Positions 1 to 12,741 of a stretch of DNA of 45,875 nucleotides are shown here, in pieces. A model generated the notes under the pieces. It had not been told where the DNA came from, did not search any database, and worked only from the letters and a program-made list of their open reading frames with translations. Source of the stretch: Phoronis australis (lineage: Eukaryota > Animalia > Phoronida); assembly GCA_002633005.1 (NCBI GenBank), contig NMRA01000710.1, positions 8,800-54,674 of the forward strand. Reading direction: 5' to 3'. Every line of letters starts with the position of its first letter. Positions within the stretch are counted from its first letter, which is position 1. The position numbers and the translations under genes are program-made.

Positions 1-473
1 GGGGGGCATGTCCCCCTTGGCCCCCCTAAATCCGCCACTGTCAGAACTATTATTTCTACAAGGTGTGCCACGGTATTTTTTTCTAGCAAAAATCCACATT
101 GATAACAATAAACCAAGTTGTTTTGTTTCAGAAACTGGAGAATATTTTGAGCAACGATCTTCAGTTTGTCTTTTTGTGTATAGGGACCATAATTCCATTT
201 TACCAGGAAGACGAATACACACCTAGGTGAAGTAGTTTGTTAAAAAGGTTGGTTAAAGGCATGGGAGTCACTGTGACAAAAGCCGTGACGTCAATTTCAT
301 GGAAATACTTGCGGACGTCGGTTTGATTAGCCAGTACATTAGACAGTCCATCGTAACATCGTTCATGGAGAAAGGGAACAAACATCATTTATATATCCGG
401 AATATTTTGCGATCTCATGACGCCAAACATTTGTCAGTTATTCTGATGTATTTCTTCTGTCATCAGTAACAAT

Positions 474-622
474 GATAGCTACACCTTAGCGAGTTAGATA
501 GCTACACCTTGGTACATCAGATAGCTACACCTTGGCGCATTAGATACTAACGCAATAATAGCTACACTTAGACGCATTAGATATCTACACCTTGGCAAAT
601 CAGATAGCTACACTTTGGCACT
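474..622. repeat. Minisatellite, ~22-bp unit
   Basis: agatagctacaccttggcgcatt-like unit, about 6-7 imperfect copies. Confidence 0.75.
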
Positions 623-2803
623 TATGCTAACACAAAGCTAATAAGTTCAAGATGATATCGCGAAATTCATACTTGAATCAAGTTATCATGAAAAATTTCG
701 ATACGTTGATCTACAGAAAGTTGGGCAAAGGTCTGACCCTACCTCCGCCAGGATTACGGAGGAAATTCGCTCGGTGGTGTGGCTTGACTGCTGCTCGAGT
801 TAGAAGATAGCGTTGCGCCACCTAGCGATATTTATCTATAACAACGAGAACGTGAAAGCACCTTCCACTTGATCCCGACTATACCTTTGGTGGGCAAAAA
901 TTCAATTATCGCACAGTAGTTCATTAATTTAAGAACAGTCCCTCCGATTGTTTAATTAGATTAAGTACACTAATTTATTTTAGCTGTTTGACATTGGCTG
1001 GGATCTAAATTCTCCCGCGTTATCAATCGCAGCTACTGACTATGCAGCAGTGGCAAATGTATGAAACATGAAGTCCTTCATCCATGGTTATTATTTTGTT
1101 CCGTAAGCTATAAGTATGCCCACCGCACAGCAATGGAAATGTGCCGGCATTATGGTATCCGCAAAAGTTTTGAAACGTTATTTATGTCCACTAGGTTGAA
1201 ATCTCGTGTCCGTATTATGTGGGATCTGTAGGTGGCGTTGAACGCCTGCCCACCAAAGATCTGATAGTGAATTTCGGTATCATGCTTTAGCTACTTCAAA
1301 AATCATCCCTTATAAAGGAAACAAATCTTGAAACCAGTCGGAAATGCGTAATAATCGCATTGTAATATGAAGAGTTTGTTTGCAGGTTACCGGAAAGCAA
1401 AACAAGGACGACAAGCTAAGTGCGAACTCTTCCTTTACCACCAGAGCCTCTCCGACTTCAGCATTAGGGCTAATGGAATATGGCGTAATTCCAATCGTCG
1501 CTTCATAGTGAACACTTGTTGTGAGTATCAACCAAGTCCCACTCGTGAAGTAAAATCGACATTAGAGTCACTGCCCAATAGCTGTTGAATGAAAATTAAT
1601 AGCGATGTGGAAGGCAGATTCCACTTTCTCTCCAAAAATTCAAACTTAACTTCGGTATTTTGACAACCAATCGTTGCTGATGTCTTTACCTGTGGATTTT
1701 GCGTGTCACTGTAATTAGGCCGTTGCAAAAAGGATTAATCTCGCAACTCCCTACTACGGGTTTATACTTGAGTCTTTTCGCGGCTGTCTTACGGAAAAGA
1801 AAATACTTATAATTGAGTGGGGTAGAACTTTTGTAATAAAAAGAGAAACATCAGATTGGAAGAGCAAAATGAAGGAATCAATCCATACCAAATTTGAACC
1901 AAAATTACGTGAAATGATGTTAGGAGTGTTACACAATCAGTTCTTTGTACAACAGTATGACAACAGTGACACACAACACACACCTGCTAAAATGTCCAAC
2001 GACGACCGTTTTTCAAAATTTTGTGAGATAAGTTCGAGTTTTTAGAAGTCAAGATGAAATCTGCTATCATTCCAGCACCTTTCTGATCAAGATCTTCCCG
2101 GAATTGGTAGCGACGTGTTTCGAGCTCATCACGTGCCATCACGTGATCCACAGTTGCTATTTCAACTAATATGAACACCCTCTTTCTTTTACTTTCGCCA
2201 GAGTGGAATGTGAAACGATTTTCAGCAATAACTCTCTAGAACTGGTGAAATTGTATAACTATGTAGGCCTACAGTCCTCTAGGCATTTTTGGTTTTCACT
2301 GGCATTTATCCAAGTTGATGAAAAGTGGATTTCACAGTCTTTCACCTGTGGCAGCCATTGTTTTATTAAAATTTGATATTATGTTGCAAGAGAATCATTT
2401 GGGGATAGATTTAGACGAAATTCGTCTTATGAACGTATTAACTGAGAGCAAAGTGGATAGGGTTAGTTTACCATTATGTTGAGATGGGCTCCGGCGACAA
2501 CAACCTTACACCTTATTTCAAGCTAATTCCAATCAATCAGAGGGCGGTAGATGTAAACAGAACGACAGTACTCAATACAGTGCAGATATCCAATTTATGG
2601 AGAACCACAAAGTGCTTGCGGGATATAAGTATTATTTTAAATCAGGGTAAAAATCATTTATGTGGAACAGATATGGGTGACAACGTACCAGTGCAATCGT
2701 GACACCTAACTCGGCTGAAAATGCAGTACAAAACAACCGCAATACCTACCTATTTGAATCAATCTGACATCTGAATGACACTCATCTGACATTATTTTTT
2801 ATT

Positions 2804-2870
2804 AATCTATGGATTGGCTCAAAGACATGTAATCTATGGATACGCTCAAAGACACGTAATCTTGGATATG
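2804..2870. repeat. Short 27-bp tandem repeat
   Basis: aatctatggatacgctcaaagacatgt, about 2.5 copies. Confidence 0.6.
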
Positions 2871-3003
2871 CCGCTGTGACCGTCTGCTCCGTTGTCGTTA
2901 ACAGTTTCAGTGAAAAATCATCGGTAAATGTGGTGGGGGCGGCTTGTTTTCGTTTGTCGGAGATATCCATTGTGTCAAATCTCAATCTCTACATTTCTCG
3001 CAG

Positions 3004-3135
3004 TCAAACCATGTGACAACAATCCGTGCGCCAGTCAAGAGAACACAGAGTGTTACGTCAACACAGACACATCAACGTACGAATGTAGGTGCAGCGAAGG
3101 GTACGAGAAGAAAGAAGACGGCACGTGCCAACTAG
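3004..3135 (+). CDS. Gene A internal exon: EGF-like domain (gene is 5'-incomplete in this window)
   Basis: Acceptor tttctcgcag|, donor G|gtaac, symmetric phase 1-1, 132 nt. Encodes VKPCDNNPCASQENTECYVNTDTSTYECRCSEGYEKKEDGTCQL with six Cys in EGF spacing (CxC..GY...C). Confidence 0.9.
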   Translation, partial: SNHVTTIRAPVKRTQSVTSTQTHQRTNVGAAKGTRRKKTARAN

Positions 3136-3304
3136 GTAACATCAATGTATTTTCAATTTTTTTTGCAGCATAAATCTTACCAAGTATATAAATCGTAATA
3201 AATCATAAATTTTCTAAAATTGTCTGAAGAACGCAATTGTACGTTAACACTTTCTCAAAAATTGCGCAAAAAAAATTTAAGCACTACCTTGCAGCTTCAG
3301 ATGT

Positions 3305-3463
3305 TAAACCAATGCAGTACAAAACCATGCGATAATAAACCACACGAAACAATATAAACCAATGCAATGCAATAGCATGCAATGCTAAACCATACGATAC
3401 AATATAAACTAATGCAGTGCAATTCCATGCGATACTAAACCAAACCATACGATACAATATAAA
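3305..3463. repeat. Degenerate pentamer-like repeat
   Basis: aaacc/aatgc/aatac variants. Confidence 0.55.
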
Positions 3464-3576
3464 TCGTCTTTATGAACAACGTACTCCTATCAGAAATCCC
3501 CGAACTATTTTACGGAGGAATCAGCTGAAACATAACAATTTCGATGTCGACGCCATCAAAACCCTTTCTTAAGTCA

Positions 3577-3828
3577 ATGTACACTATGAGCAATATCATG
3601 TACACTATGAGCAACATCATGTACACTATGAGCAACATCATGGAGACTATGAGCAACATCATAATGGACACTATGAGCAACATAATGGACACTATGAGCA
3701 ACATCATCATGGAGACTATGAGAAACATCATGGACACCATGTGCAACATCATGTAGACTACGAGCAACATCATGGACACTATGAGCAACATCATGGAGAC
3801 TACAAGCAACATAATGTACACTATGAGC
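3577..3828. repeat. Intronic minisatellite, 21-bp unit
   Basis: actatgagcaacatcatg(t/g)ac, about 11-12 copies with occasional 3-bp cat insertions. Confidence 0.9.
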
Positions 3829-4082
3829 CCTATAATGGCAATGTTGTAAATTTTGTTTCATTGATTCACTGAATGAGTGGCAAACTTTGTGTCAAATGCA
3901 TTAATGATTGCGATTAGGTTCAATGTTTGTTCTTAGTTTTTCTCGTATACGAAAGCTGTAAAATTTTCCAATACTATTTTTGTTTTTATAGTCAATGACC
4001 AGTTACAGCTTTGCACTACTTTTCGAATGTATTTTCTGAAATTCTGTCATGCCTAACAATTGTTTGACGACATGTGTTTCAG

Positions 4083-4208
4083 TGGACCCTTGTGACAGTG
4101 CACCGTGCGCTAGCAAAGCCAACTCCGAGTGCGTCAGCAGTGGATCAACATTCGAGTGCAAATGTGTTGAAGGATATGAGAAGGATGCAAATGACGAATG
4201 CCAACAGG
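4083..4208 (+). CDS. Gene A internal exon: EGF-like domain
   Basis: Acceptor gtgtttcag|, donor G|gtaat, phase 1-1, 126 nt. Encodes VDPCDSAPCASKANSECVSSGSTFECKCVEGYEKDANDECQQ, paralogous to the 3004-3135 exon. Confidence 0.9.
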
Positions 4209-4755
4209 GTAATGTACTGACTGAATGGTATCAAAATGACTAGTTCTCTTGTATTAACAGGATATTGTACTGACTGACTGGGATAAAAACTTGACTAGTT
4301 CCGATGTGCCAACAGGGTAATATACTGACTGACTGGCATGGAGACCCCTTTTGTCGCGTATGAGAAACAAGTGTTGAATGAACATCAAACAGGGTCTTAC
4401 ATCACGCAAGGGCTTGCTTGCCCTGTGCTTCCATCTGTTAGACGTACTTCGTTGCTGTTGTTTTATGTCCATTTGAGATTGAACCAAAAAGGAACGTTTT
4501 GAAATATGGCGTGTGATTTACTGTGTTTTTTTGTCAAATGTTGTACCATTGCTCTGTTTCGGATGTATGTGAGAAACAAAACCAAGATCATCATTAATGA
4601 AAACCCAGGTACCCTAGTACAGGAAATATATGCAAACGTATTTTTCGGTTAGAGCTGAAACTATTGTCAGTGGTGACAGACAGAATCATGTGAGACACCA
4701 AATAGTAAGCGTTTATATTGTCACCAACTGAGAGGGAAATCAATGTGTGACGGGA

Positions 4756-5335
4756 GTCATGGCCAGAACTGTGGTCACGGCCAGAGCTGTAGTCATGGCC
4801 AGAGCTGTGGTCATGGCTAGAGCTATGGTCATGGCCAGAGCTGTAGTCATGACCAGAGCTGTAGTCATGGCCAGAGCTGTAGTCATGGCCAGAGCTGTGG
4901 TCATGGCCAGAGCTATGGTCATGGCCAGAGCTGTAGTCACGGTAAGAGCTATGGTCATTGCCAGAGCTGTAGTCACGGCCAGAGCTGTAGTCACGGCCAG
5001 AGCTGTGGTCATGGCTAGAGCTGTAGTCATGGCCAGAGCTGTGATCATGGCCAGAGCTGAAGTCATGGTCAGAGCTGTGGTCATGGCCAGAGCTGTAGTC
5101 ATGGCCAGAGCTGTAGTCATGGCCAGAGCTGTAGTCATGGCCAGAGCTGTAGTCACGGCCAGAGCTGTGGTCATGGCTAGAGCTGTAGTCATGGCCAGAG
5201 CTGTGATCATGGCCAGAGCTGCAGTCATGGTCAGAGCTGTGGTCATGGCCAGAGCTGTAGTCATGGCCAGAGCTGTAGTCATGGCCAGAGCTGTAGTCAT
5301 GGCTAGAGCTGTGGTCATGGCCAGAGCTGTAGTCT
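4756..5335. repeat. Intronic minisatellite, 18-bp unit
   Basis: gtcatggccagagctgt(a/g), about 32 copies. Confidence 0.95.
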
Positions 5336-6248
5336 AACTGATGCAATGTTGTTATTGAGTGACATGAATGCTCTCGATTCGGGCAGTAATCCCATCAAAA
5401 TGGGTTGGACAGAGCCCCACCTCCATCCTTCTTTTCACTCTCACTCGTTGGCTATATAGACTCCTATATTCTCATGTGATCGGGTCTGTTTTCACTGACA
5501 GTTCAAACTAAGACGTTTGTTAGTATACTTTTATGCAAATGAGTTTATTAAAGTGTTCATTGTCACCTTCCTGATCACTGAAACAATAAATGACGTGTTC
5601 CCGGACTGCCGCTATAGCACCAAACAATGATCAATATTCAACAACATTTTCTCTTGCATATCACAGAGAACATGCGCTTTCACATGTATTACCTGAATTC
5701 CCACATGCCTCACAGAGAGGAATTTTGCAAAACTGAATGGAAGATTTCAAGTGACCATTTTCCACTACTCCAATAGAATCATCTGTAAAATGAGCGCCTG
5801 AAAATTCCCAGATTTGCAGCAAAATCTTCGCGCTAAAAAGGAAGCGCTATTGAAATGGCTGGACTTTCGGTTTCCTGTAGAAAAGAGCAGAGGTCAAATT
5901 TCTGGACTGTTTTTCTCAAAATACACCAGGGAACCACTGAATACCATTCGTGGTAACCGCTTCGTGGCAACCGAGTCTCATTTACTCTATACAACTGCAT
6001 CAAACCTGACCCGCCACATTTCTTCCATTTCTGGGAGAAGCTTCGAAGGACTGTACCCTGGCCTCAGACCGACCGTTGTGACAGGACATCTTTGCATCTT
6101 TGTGGGAAGGGCCGTAGGATGTGTGTTAGACATTGTGTGTGTATGCGTGTACGTGTGTGTGTTTGAGAGGGGTACTTTGGAGTCAAGAGTTTGATAATAT
6201 CGAATTTGACTATGGCTCCAATAATTTGTACTTTTACATACTGTGCAT

Positions 6249-6682
6249 TATGATACGAGTTGAATAACTCCTACAGCCTGTACAATATGAGCGTAAACTA
6301 ATGGTGAACATATGATACCAGTTGAATAACTCCTACAGCCTGTACAATATGAACGTAAACTAATGGTGAACGTATGATACCAGTTGAATAACTCCTACAG
6401 CCTGTATAACATGAACGTAAACTAATGGTGAACATATGATACCAGTTGAATAACTCCTACAACCTGTACAATATGAACGTAAACTAATGGTGAACATATG
6501 ATACGAGTTGTATAACTCCTACAGCCTGTACAATATGAACGTAAACTAATGGTGAACATATGATACGAGTTGTATAACTCCTACAGCCTGTACAATATGA
6601 ACGTAAACTAATGGTGAACATATGATACGAGTTGAATAACTCCTACAGCCTGTACAATATGAACGTAAACCAATGGTGAACA
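6249..6682. repeat. Intronic minisatellite, 62-bp unit
   Basis: tatgatacgagttgaataactcctacagcctgtacaatatgaacgtaaactaatggtgaaca x7; no spacers. Confidence 0.95.
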
Positions 6683-6924
6683 CATGCCTTTTTCTGTTTG
6701 TTGTAATATTTTGCGTTTTCATACCAGTGTGATTTCTTTAAAAGTTTATTTTGACCCATTTTGTCCATTGTTAATAACTTAACCTGAACTTCTTTTTCGA
6801 ATGCTTAGTATTTTTACAAAATGGTATTTCTAACCTACCAGGTTACGTTACGCAGATCCTATTAACTGTGTTTTGTCATGATTGACAAGTCTTTTCTTTT
6901 TACGGGACTGTTTTACATTTCTAG

Positions 6925-7130
6925 TTAACGTAGAGCCTGTCTGCTCGCTGACGATAGACGCCGGGTACGGCAGTGGTACGTCGTTAACTATAGCACGTCT
7001 GAATGAATGCAAGGATTCCTACGAAAGCCAACTGAAGGAGCAGTATGAAGGGACTCTGCAGACTTTCTTGCCAAATGCAATTCCGGCATGTGTTGAAGAG
7101 AAGTTTGATATCAAGCTTACGTTCCAGGAA
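6925..7130 (+). CDS. Gene A penultimate exon: first half of acidic Cys-containing C-terminal domain
   Basis: Acceptor ttttacatttctag| (phase 1, compatible with the upstream EGF exon), donor GAA|gtaagt (phase 0). Encodes VNVEPVCSLTIDAGY...KFDIKLTFQE. Confidence 0.82.
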
Positions 7131-7618
7131 GTAAGTTTAAAATGCTGGCTGCCTATTTTTAATTTTTTTACATGAAATTAACCTGACGTCCGATTTAACG
7201 TCACCTATGCAAGGACCAACGTTTTCTATAAATTAAATGCGGGGATGCCANCTGTTGCCCTACTTACTGTAGTGAAGTTAGACCTAAAATCGATCTGGTG
7301 GACTGAATAAATCGCTAAACATCAACATTTGGCACTATGCTCATCATATATCTAGACTCTGTAGTACAGGGTTGACTTGAGAACTGCAAAAGTTGTATTT
7401 TGAGAAACCAGAGACAGGTCATGTACAATAACCAGCGGGGATATGGATCGCTGCTTTTCGTCGATTCTGTGTGTGATTTCGTAAGTGCTCTTATTTCAGT
7501 TAGATTCAAATCTCTTGGCGCAAGGTAACATTTTAAAGTAGGGATTCAAGCGTTTAGTTTTCGAAGACTCAGAAAATACTTAATCATGTTTACTAAACAC
7601 TGATCAAAACATTTTCAG

Positions 7619-7855
7619 ACGACACCTGTGGGCGTTACTGCGACGATTGAGCAGGTTTACAAGGACGGTCAAGAGTGCGTGAATACTATCAACACAATAG
7701 GTGCCGATCTCGTGGGCCAAAACATCGAAATTACGTATTTTGGTTCAGGAAATTCCCAAATGGACCTCGTCAACGTTGTGGACGGAAGCGGCGAGGTATG
7801 CCCGAATCTGGAGTTCACCGACGGATCGTTGAGTTCCTCAGCTGCGTGCGTGTAA
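7619..7855 (+). CDS. Gene A terminal exon
   Basis: Acceptor attttcag| phase 0. Encodes TTPVGVTATIEQVY...SSSAACV then TAA (7853-7855); AATAAA follows 79 nt later. Confidence 0.82.
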   Translation, partial: TTPVGVTATIEQVYKDGQECVNTINTIGADLVGQNIEITYFGSGNSQMDLVNVVDGSGEVCPNLEFTDGSLSSSAACV

Positions 7856-7933
7856 TCTTGCGAATAGACCTGCATATGTCTTTGACGAAGTATAGTTGTT
7901 GACATTGTTGACGCCTACATCCTTTGAAACATA

Positions 7934-7939
7934 AATAAA
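7934..7939 (+). terminator. Polyadenylation signal of gene A
   Basis: AATAAA followed by a GT/T-rich downstream element (gtgttgcaagtgtcttttgttagtttg). Confidence 0.65.
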
Positions 7940-8275
7940 GGTGTTGCAAGTGTCTTTTGTTAGTTTGCTTACATCACAGTTTCATTAGCTAATAAATTGG
8001 TAAGCCGAGGATCATCAAATAACCAGCAGCAATATACAGTTTATTTCAACACTCATAAAACCACTCTTCTCCTTTCCCACTTCTTACATATATACGCATG
8101 CGTATACGCAAGTAGCAGTCTTTCTGGTAGACATATTTCATTGAACATTTGCCTGTTTTCAGTACAAACTCTTTTGAATTTATCTCTCTGTAGAATGATC
8201 GATGTTCAGAGTATACAGCAGATCACTAATCATCGCTACCAACGCCTATAAAAGAACACATAATTCTAAACACGA

Positions 8276-8576
8276 CATTTAATTTCTGGATCTTCGAATA
8301 GCACCATTCGTTATCAAGGTGGTGGCTAATATGCTGAAAGCGCCCGAAATTAATGTAATTCGTTCAAGTAACAATACATGGTGAGTCCCCTGGTGGCGAA
8401 TGCTGAAGCAACTTGGATGAATCCTGCATAGGTGATTGTAAGACTTCAAGAAAACGGCCAAGTTCGCACTATGTAATTGTCTCATTACTTATGCATTGGG
8501 AATTTCGTGCACTTTTTGGATATTACTCACCATCTTGATAACGAATGGTGCTAGTCAAAGATCCAAAACTTAAATG
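8276..8576. mobile_element. MITE with ~55-bp terminal inverted repeats
   Basis: catttaatttctggatcttcgaatagcaccattcgttatcaaggtggtggctaat versus attactcaccatcttgataacgaatggtgctagtcaaagatccaaaacttaaatg. Confidence 0.75.
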
Positions 8577-9140
8577 TATAGTTTATAAATTACGTGGCCC
8601 AATTCCCCCAAAATTAACATATTTGTGACCCACGTTTACTTCAAAGAGTTCATTCATAATAAAAATTTGGTTGCTATTTTGGATCGGTAGATTTTCGCCA
8701 ACCGATCGTGAATCTTCTAAAATTTTTTCTTAGAAAAAACGAAAAAAAAAACGCGAAAAGTTCATCGGTGTTAAAGCAATAATCCAGGATTACGGTGAAC
8801 AATTTTCGATCTAAAAGTTTGTGGTTCCATTTTTGCCAGAACCAACTCTTTTCCACCGGCTTTTGTCTCGTTACCAAACGAACTCCCACTCCGTCTCCGC
8901 CCTTGAATTCCCAATGACGACTTAAGAACTGAAAATATCCAAAATCTCCCTACTTATCGCTTAAATCATTATAGTCTATTGCGAACATTATCTACATTAG
9001 TCTAAAGTTACCTCACGTGGTAGCTGAGCGAAGCGACAGACAATCTGGGGTCTGGTTGATCCAAAAACTTTGGCGATTAAAATGTTTATAATTCAGAGGG
9101 TTACATTGCAAGATTACCTGCCTTTGGAACACGGACATTA

Positions 9141-9453
9141 ACCTGGGGATTCACTGTTATGACGCGTGGTTACCTGGGAATTCACTACTATGACGTGTGC
9201 TTACCTGGGTATTCACTGTTATGACGCCTGGTTACCTGGGGATTCACTACTATGCCGTGTGGTTACCTAGGTATTCACTACTATGACGTGTAGTTACCAG
9301 GGGATTCACTACTATGACGTGTGCTTACCTGGGGATTCACTACTATGGCGTGTGCTTACCTGAGGATTCAATGCTATGACGTGTGGTTACCTGGGGATTC
9401 ACTACTATGACGTGTGGTTACGTGGGGATTCCCTACTATGACCTGTGCTTACC
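9141..9453. repeat. Minisatellite, 31-bp unit
   Basis: acctggggattcactactatgacgtgtggtt, about 10 copies. Confidence 0.9.
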
Positions 9454-10593
9454 CGACCGTCATCAGTGTCAAACAACTCCCAACTAGTCAACAGTACCCG
9501 TTTTAGTTAACGTTGGACTGGACGTCTTCTGGTCTGCATGCCGTCGGATGGAACAAAATCATTTATTCTAAAGCGACTGAATGTTGACGTCCTTTGAGAC
9601 TTGAGTGAGAGTTTAGAACTTAGTCTATAGCACAGGCCCCAGTTATGGGTCGGGTTAATTTTTTATGCCCCAACGACGCGCATCACAGTATTTCCACGAA
9701 CCTGTGAACACACTCGCTAGTTCTCTCTCTATTTAGGGAAAAATAAGCAAAATATCTCTAGTAAAAGAGTCCGTCAAAAATTGTGTTCACATTTCAAAAT
9801 AGATTCAGTTTATCAATACGGTGCTTTTCGGATATGCTGAGTACGTCAGGTTACAGGACAACCATATTTTTGACTGTCACTCTTTGACACTGATGAATAT
9901 TCCATTTCGGAAAAAAACGGAACTTGTTTGAGACTTCAGGATGATTTAGTGAGGAAATTAAACAAAATATATCGAAATCATCGAATCGTCAATGATGTTA
10001 ACTTCAATCAAAAATCGTGTCAATTACCGAGTACAAAATACATGTAGAGTACTCTTGGAATATGTTTGGTCTTAACATAGTGAGATAATCGACAGGAAAC
10101 TGATGCCTAGCCCTAGATTGAGTGGATTGGAAAGTAAGGAAATTACTCAGGACAGGACATGGTTTTCAAACAGTTGAGAACCTGAATGGGAAATCCACTG
10201 TAATTATAAAATAAGGTTTTCCTATTCAGGTTGGTGACAGAGAAAAGTCTATGTGATGACGAGTATTACAACTCTACTAAAACAATGCTTAAAAAACCGA
10301 TGAAGTGTGAGAAAGTGAGAAGGGAATTCTGTGGCGTGTGGATTTTCAGGCAGAACAGTGAAGTGCTAAGACGTATATGCACTAAACTAATACGGGTCTT
10401 CATGACACGGCAGTTATTAGTCTCTGTAATTTGTATATTAGTTTTGTTCAATATTCACAACCCTCGTAATTATTAATGAACGCAAAGTCATGTTTACCAT
10501 ACGGGCAAAGCAGAGCTTTAAATGTGTGGGTCTACGTGGCCGTAGACTATCTGAAGGAAGTATGGTGACTACGCGACGTGCTATTCTACTGAA

Positions 10594-11544
10594 ATGTTGT
10601 CTATTGTTTATCAACCAAGAAAGGGCGTTTTATTCGCCCTTGTAGGTGCTTTCTTCCAATGCCTGATGATGACTCAACAGAAACTTCTGATAGTGCGCTA
10701 TAATGGAGATGTCATGTCTTGTCTGCGATTCGCCGGCATTTGTTTAATCTCGTTGCCATTATTGCGTGCGAACTCTGCCCCAATATTTGGACATCACCAC
10801 AACTTATACTTGCTCATCTACCGCGGCATCAATGCCAGTGTGTCGCATATTTTGTTGTTCACAGCGCTGAAATATCTGCCGTTGTCGGTGACGGTGACAA
10901 CGTACGTAAGCACTCCTGCAGTGGTGTTAATTCTGTCGGTGATTTTTCTCAAACATAGATGGACCTTCGCTGGTATACTTGCATCGGCTCTAGACATGCT
11001 TGGCGTTTTTGTACTCACGGACACAATGTGCATTCTGGGAAATACTGTTTGCATGGAACAATCAGCTGGTGATCGAAGAGATTATTTGATTGGAGTCAGT
11101 TTGCTTGTGATTGCTTTGTTTCTGACATCTGCTGCCTACATTTTGTTGAAGAAACTTTCAAACGAAAACAGTATGACTTTAATGTTTACTTACTCGTTAT
11201 TTGGAACACTCAGCTCGGGAATTATTGTTGTGTTCGGTAAGAATTATAAATTTCCAAATAACGCACAAGACTGTTTGTTGACTTTAGGGGTCGCCGTGTG
11301 TTCCTTTGCCAACATTTACTGCTTTACGCAAGCTGTGAAGTCAGAGAAGGCTACGACGGTATCAATTCTTATGAGTTCGGAAATTGTATTTGGTTTTATT
11401 ATGCAGTTACTAATTCTGCAAACGTGGCCAGCATGGGCTGAAGTTGTTGGGGCCGTTATGATTTTTGTGAGTATTGTGTTGGCTGTGAGGGAGAACAGGA
11501 AATCTGTACCGCCATGCAGGTTACTACCTCGCTCAAACGTATGA
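10594..11544 (+). CDS. SLC35G1: Solute carrier family 35 member G1-like (EamA/DMT superfamily) multipass transporter, single coding exon
   Basis: 316-aa ORF with about 10 hydrophobic segments in two EamA-like halves. Motifs (LRF...PIFG...LLIYRG...ALKYLPL...STP...LSVIFLK; AVKSEKATTVSIL.SSEIVFGFIMQLLIL..WP.WAEVVGAVMI) recall SLC35G proteins. In-frame TGA upstream at 10552; AATAAA at 11639-11644. Symbol denotes family resemblance, not proven orthology. Confidence 0.88.
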   Translation: MLSIVYQPRKGVLFALVGAFFQCLMMTQQKLLIVRYNGDVMSCLRFAGICLISLPLLRANSAPIFGHHHNLYLLIYRGINASVSHILLFTALKYLPLSVTVTTYVSTPAVVLILSVIFLKHRWTFAGILASALDMLGVFVLTDTMCILGNTVCMEQSAGDRRDYLIGVSLLVIALFLTSAAYILLKKLSNENSMTLMFTYSLFGTLSSGIIVVFGKNYKFPNNAQDCLLTLGVAVCSFANIYCFTQAVKSEKATTVSILMSSEIVFGFIMQLLILQTWPAWAEVVGAVMIFVSIVLAVRENRKSVPPCRLLPRSNV

Positions 11545-12529
11545 GTTCCTCCAAAATATAAAAGCAGTCGTTTACTTTCTGCATGGTATGCATGCGCGTA
11601 CCCGGGGGGGGGGCTGGGTGTGCGCTTGGTATGTTCTAAATAAACAGTCGTTTGCACTCTATACGGTTTAATGACGCAACATGTCAAGCGTGTACAGTTA
11701 TTANAAGCGTGTAGAATTCCATACACATTTCTGTACTAAACTAAAAGTCAAGGAAATTTCTCTTCATTAATAGCATGGTTCGTACTGATGCACGGCTTTC
11801 TCGAAAACATTACTAAAAGTTGAGCATTTGAAAACTGAAAAGTGACAGTTTGCAAGTTTTATTTGGTGGAACTTGACGAATGTTTACCTGTTCTTTGTGT
11901 CCTATAAATAAGTATTTCACAAAATTTGCATTCTTCTATATAACGTTTTAATGACAAAGTCATGTTTTAACAATGGAAACTACACAATCACCAAAACTAT
12001 CACTGATCTCTGTTTCATGATTGCCAATCTCAAAATTTCGAATTAAAGAAGTTTTTCAACTTGAATCATCTCAACTAAAAAGTTGAGATTTTTCTCACCT
12101 GGCTTGCCTTATGATATTGAGGTAACTAAATAGGTCATCTCAGGTCGTTACCTGAGGACACTCTCATTGGCTAATGTCTGGTTAATATGGTTCACACTAG
12201 TCAATGAACAGCAGGATCACATACAGAGCATGATACTATGGATGTTCCTGTGCTCCATTCAAATATGAGACGAGGTGAGAAGGACACCTTTTTGAGTAGA
12301 AAACAACATACCTGTTCTGATGTCATTGTACCCATTTCGTTAATATCTCACAAACTCGTTTCACCATTAGGTGCGCTTTCTGTGGTCCAGCTGAAAACAG
12401 CAACATGGGAATCCCTTTTTGGGGAAATCCTTCAAGTACGTCAGAGTACAGAGCGGAAAGATCGAGACCAAGGTATCTGTTCCGACTTGGTTTGCTGACT
12501 TGGATTTCTATAGCTTCGTGAATGCGTCT

Positions 12530-12700
12530 CCTCCACTCAAGACACCATTTTACAAATCAAACACTGCAACTCACTGTTTACGTTTTCACATTCCTAGAAT
12601 CATCAATGCAAAAATACCCTCTTCAATTCTAGATAATATATTAACACCCAATGCCGTGAATGACCATATACAAATTGCACCAATATACAAACACTAGGCC
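12530..12700 (+). mobile_element. Short 3'-end remnant of an L2/CR1-group LINE
   Basis: TPFYKSNTATHCLRFHIPRIINAKIPSSILDNILT resembles the C-terminal tail of such ORF2 proteins. Recognition by eye only. Confidence 0.4.
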
Positions 12701-12741
12701 CTACTTACTCTTTAACACACACATTCACGCACCCGCACCTG

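Noticed and set aside
885-1258. 12-bp inverted repeat ctttggtgggca/tgcccaccaaag as MITE ends
   Set aside because: Too short and without a clear TSD to call confidently.
3510-3861. Hydrophobic or His-rich repeat ORFs
   Set aside because: Translation of a 21-bp intronic minisatellite.
4594-5346. Long ORFs (HDYSSG)n, (MTTALA)n, (MARAVV)n
   Set aside because: By-product of an 18-bp stop-free minisatellite open in several frames inside an intron; no splice signals or unique coding flanks.
6249-6682. CRISPR-like regular array (also 9141, 14122, 22826, 34105)
   Set aside because: Head-to-tail units without unique spacers, no cas genes, eukaryotic context.
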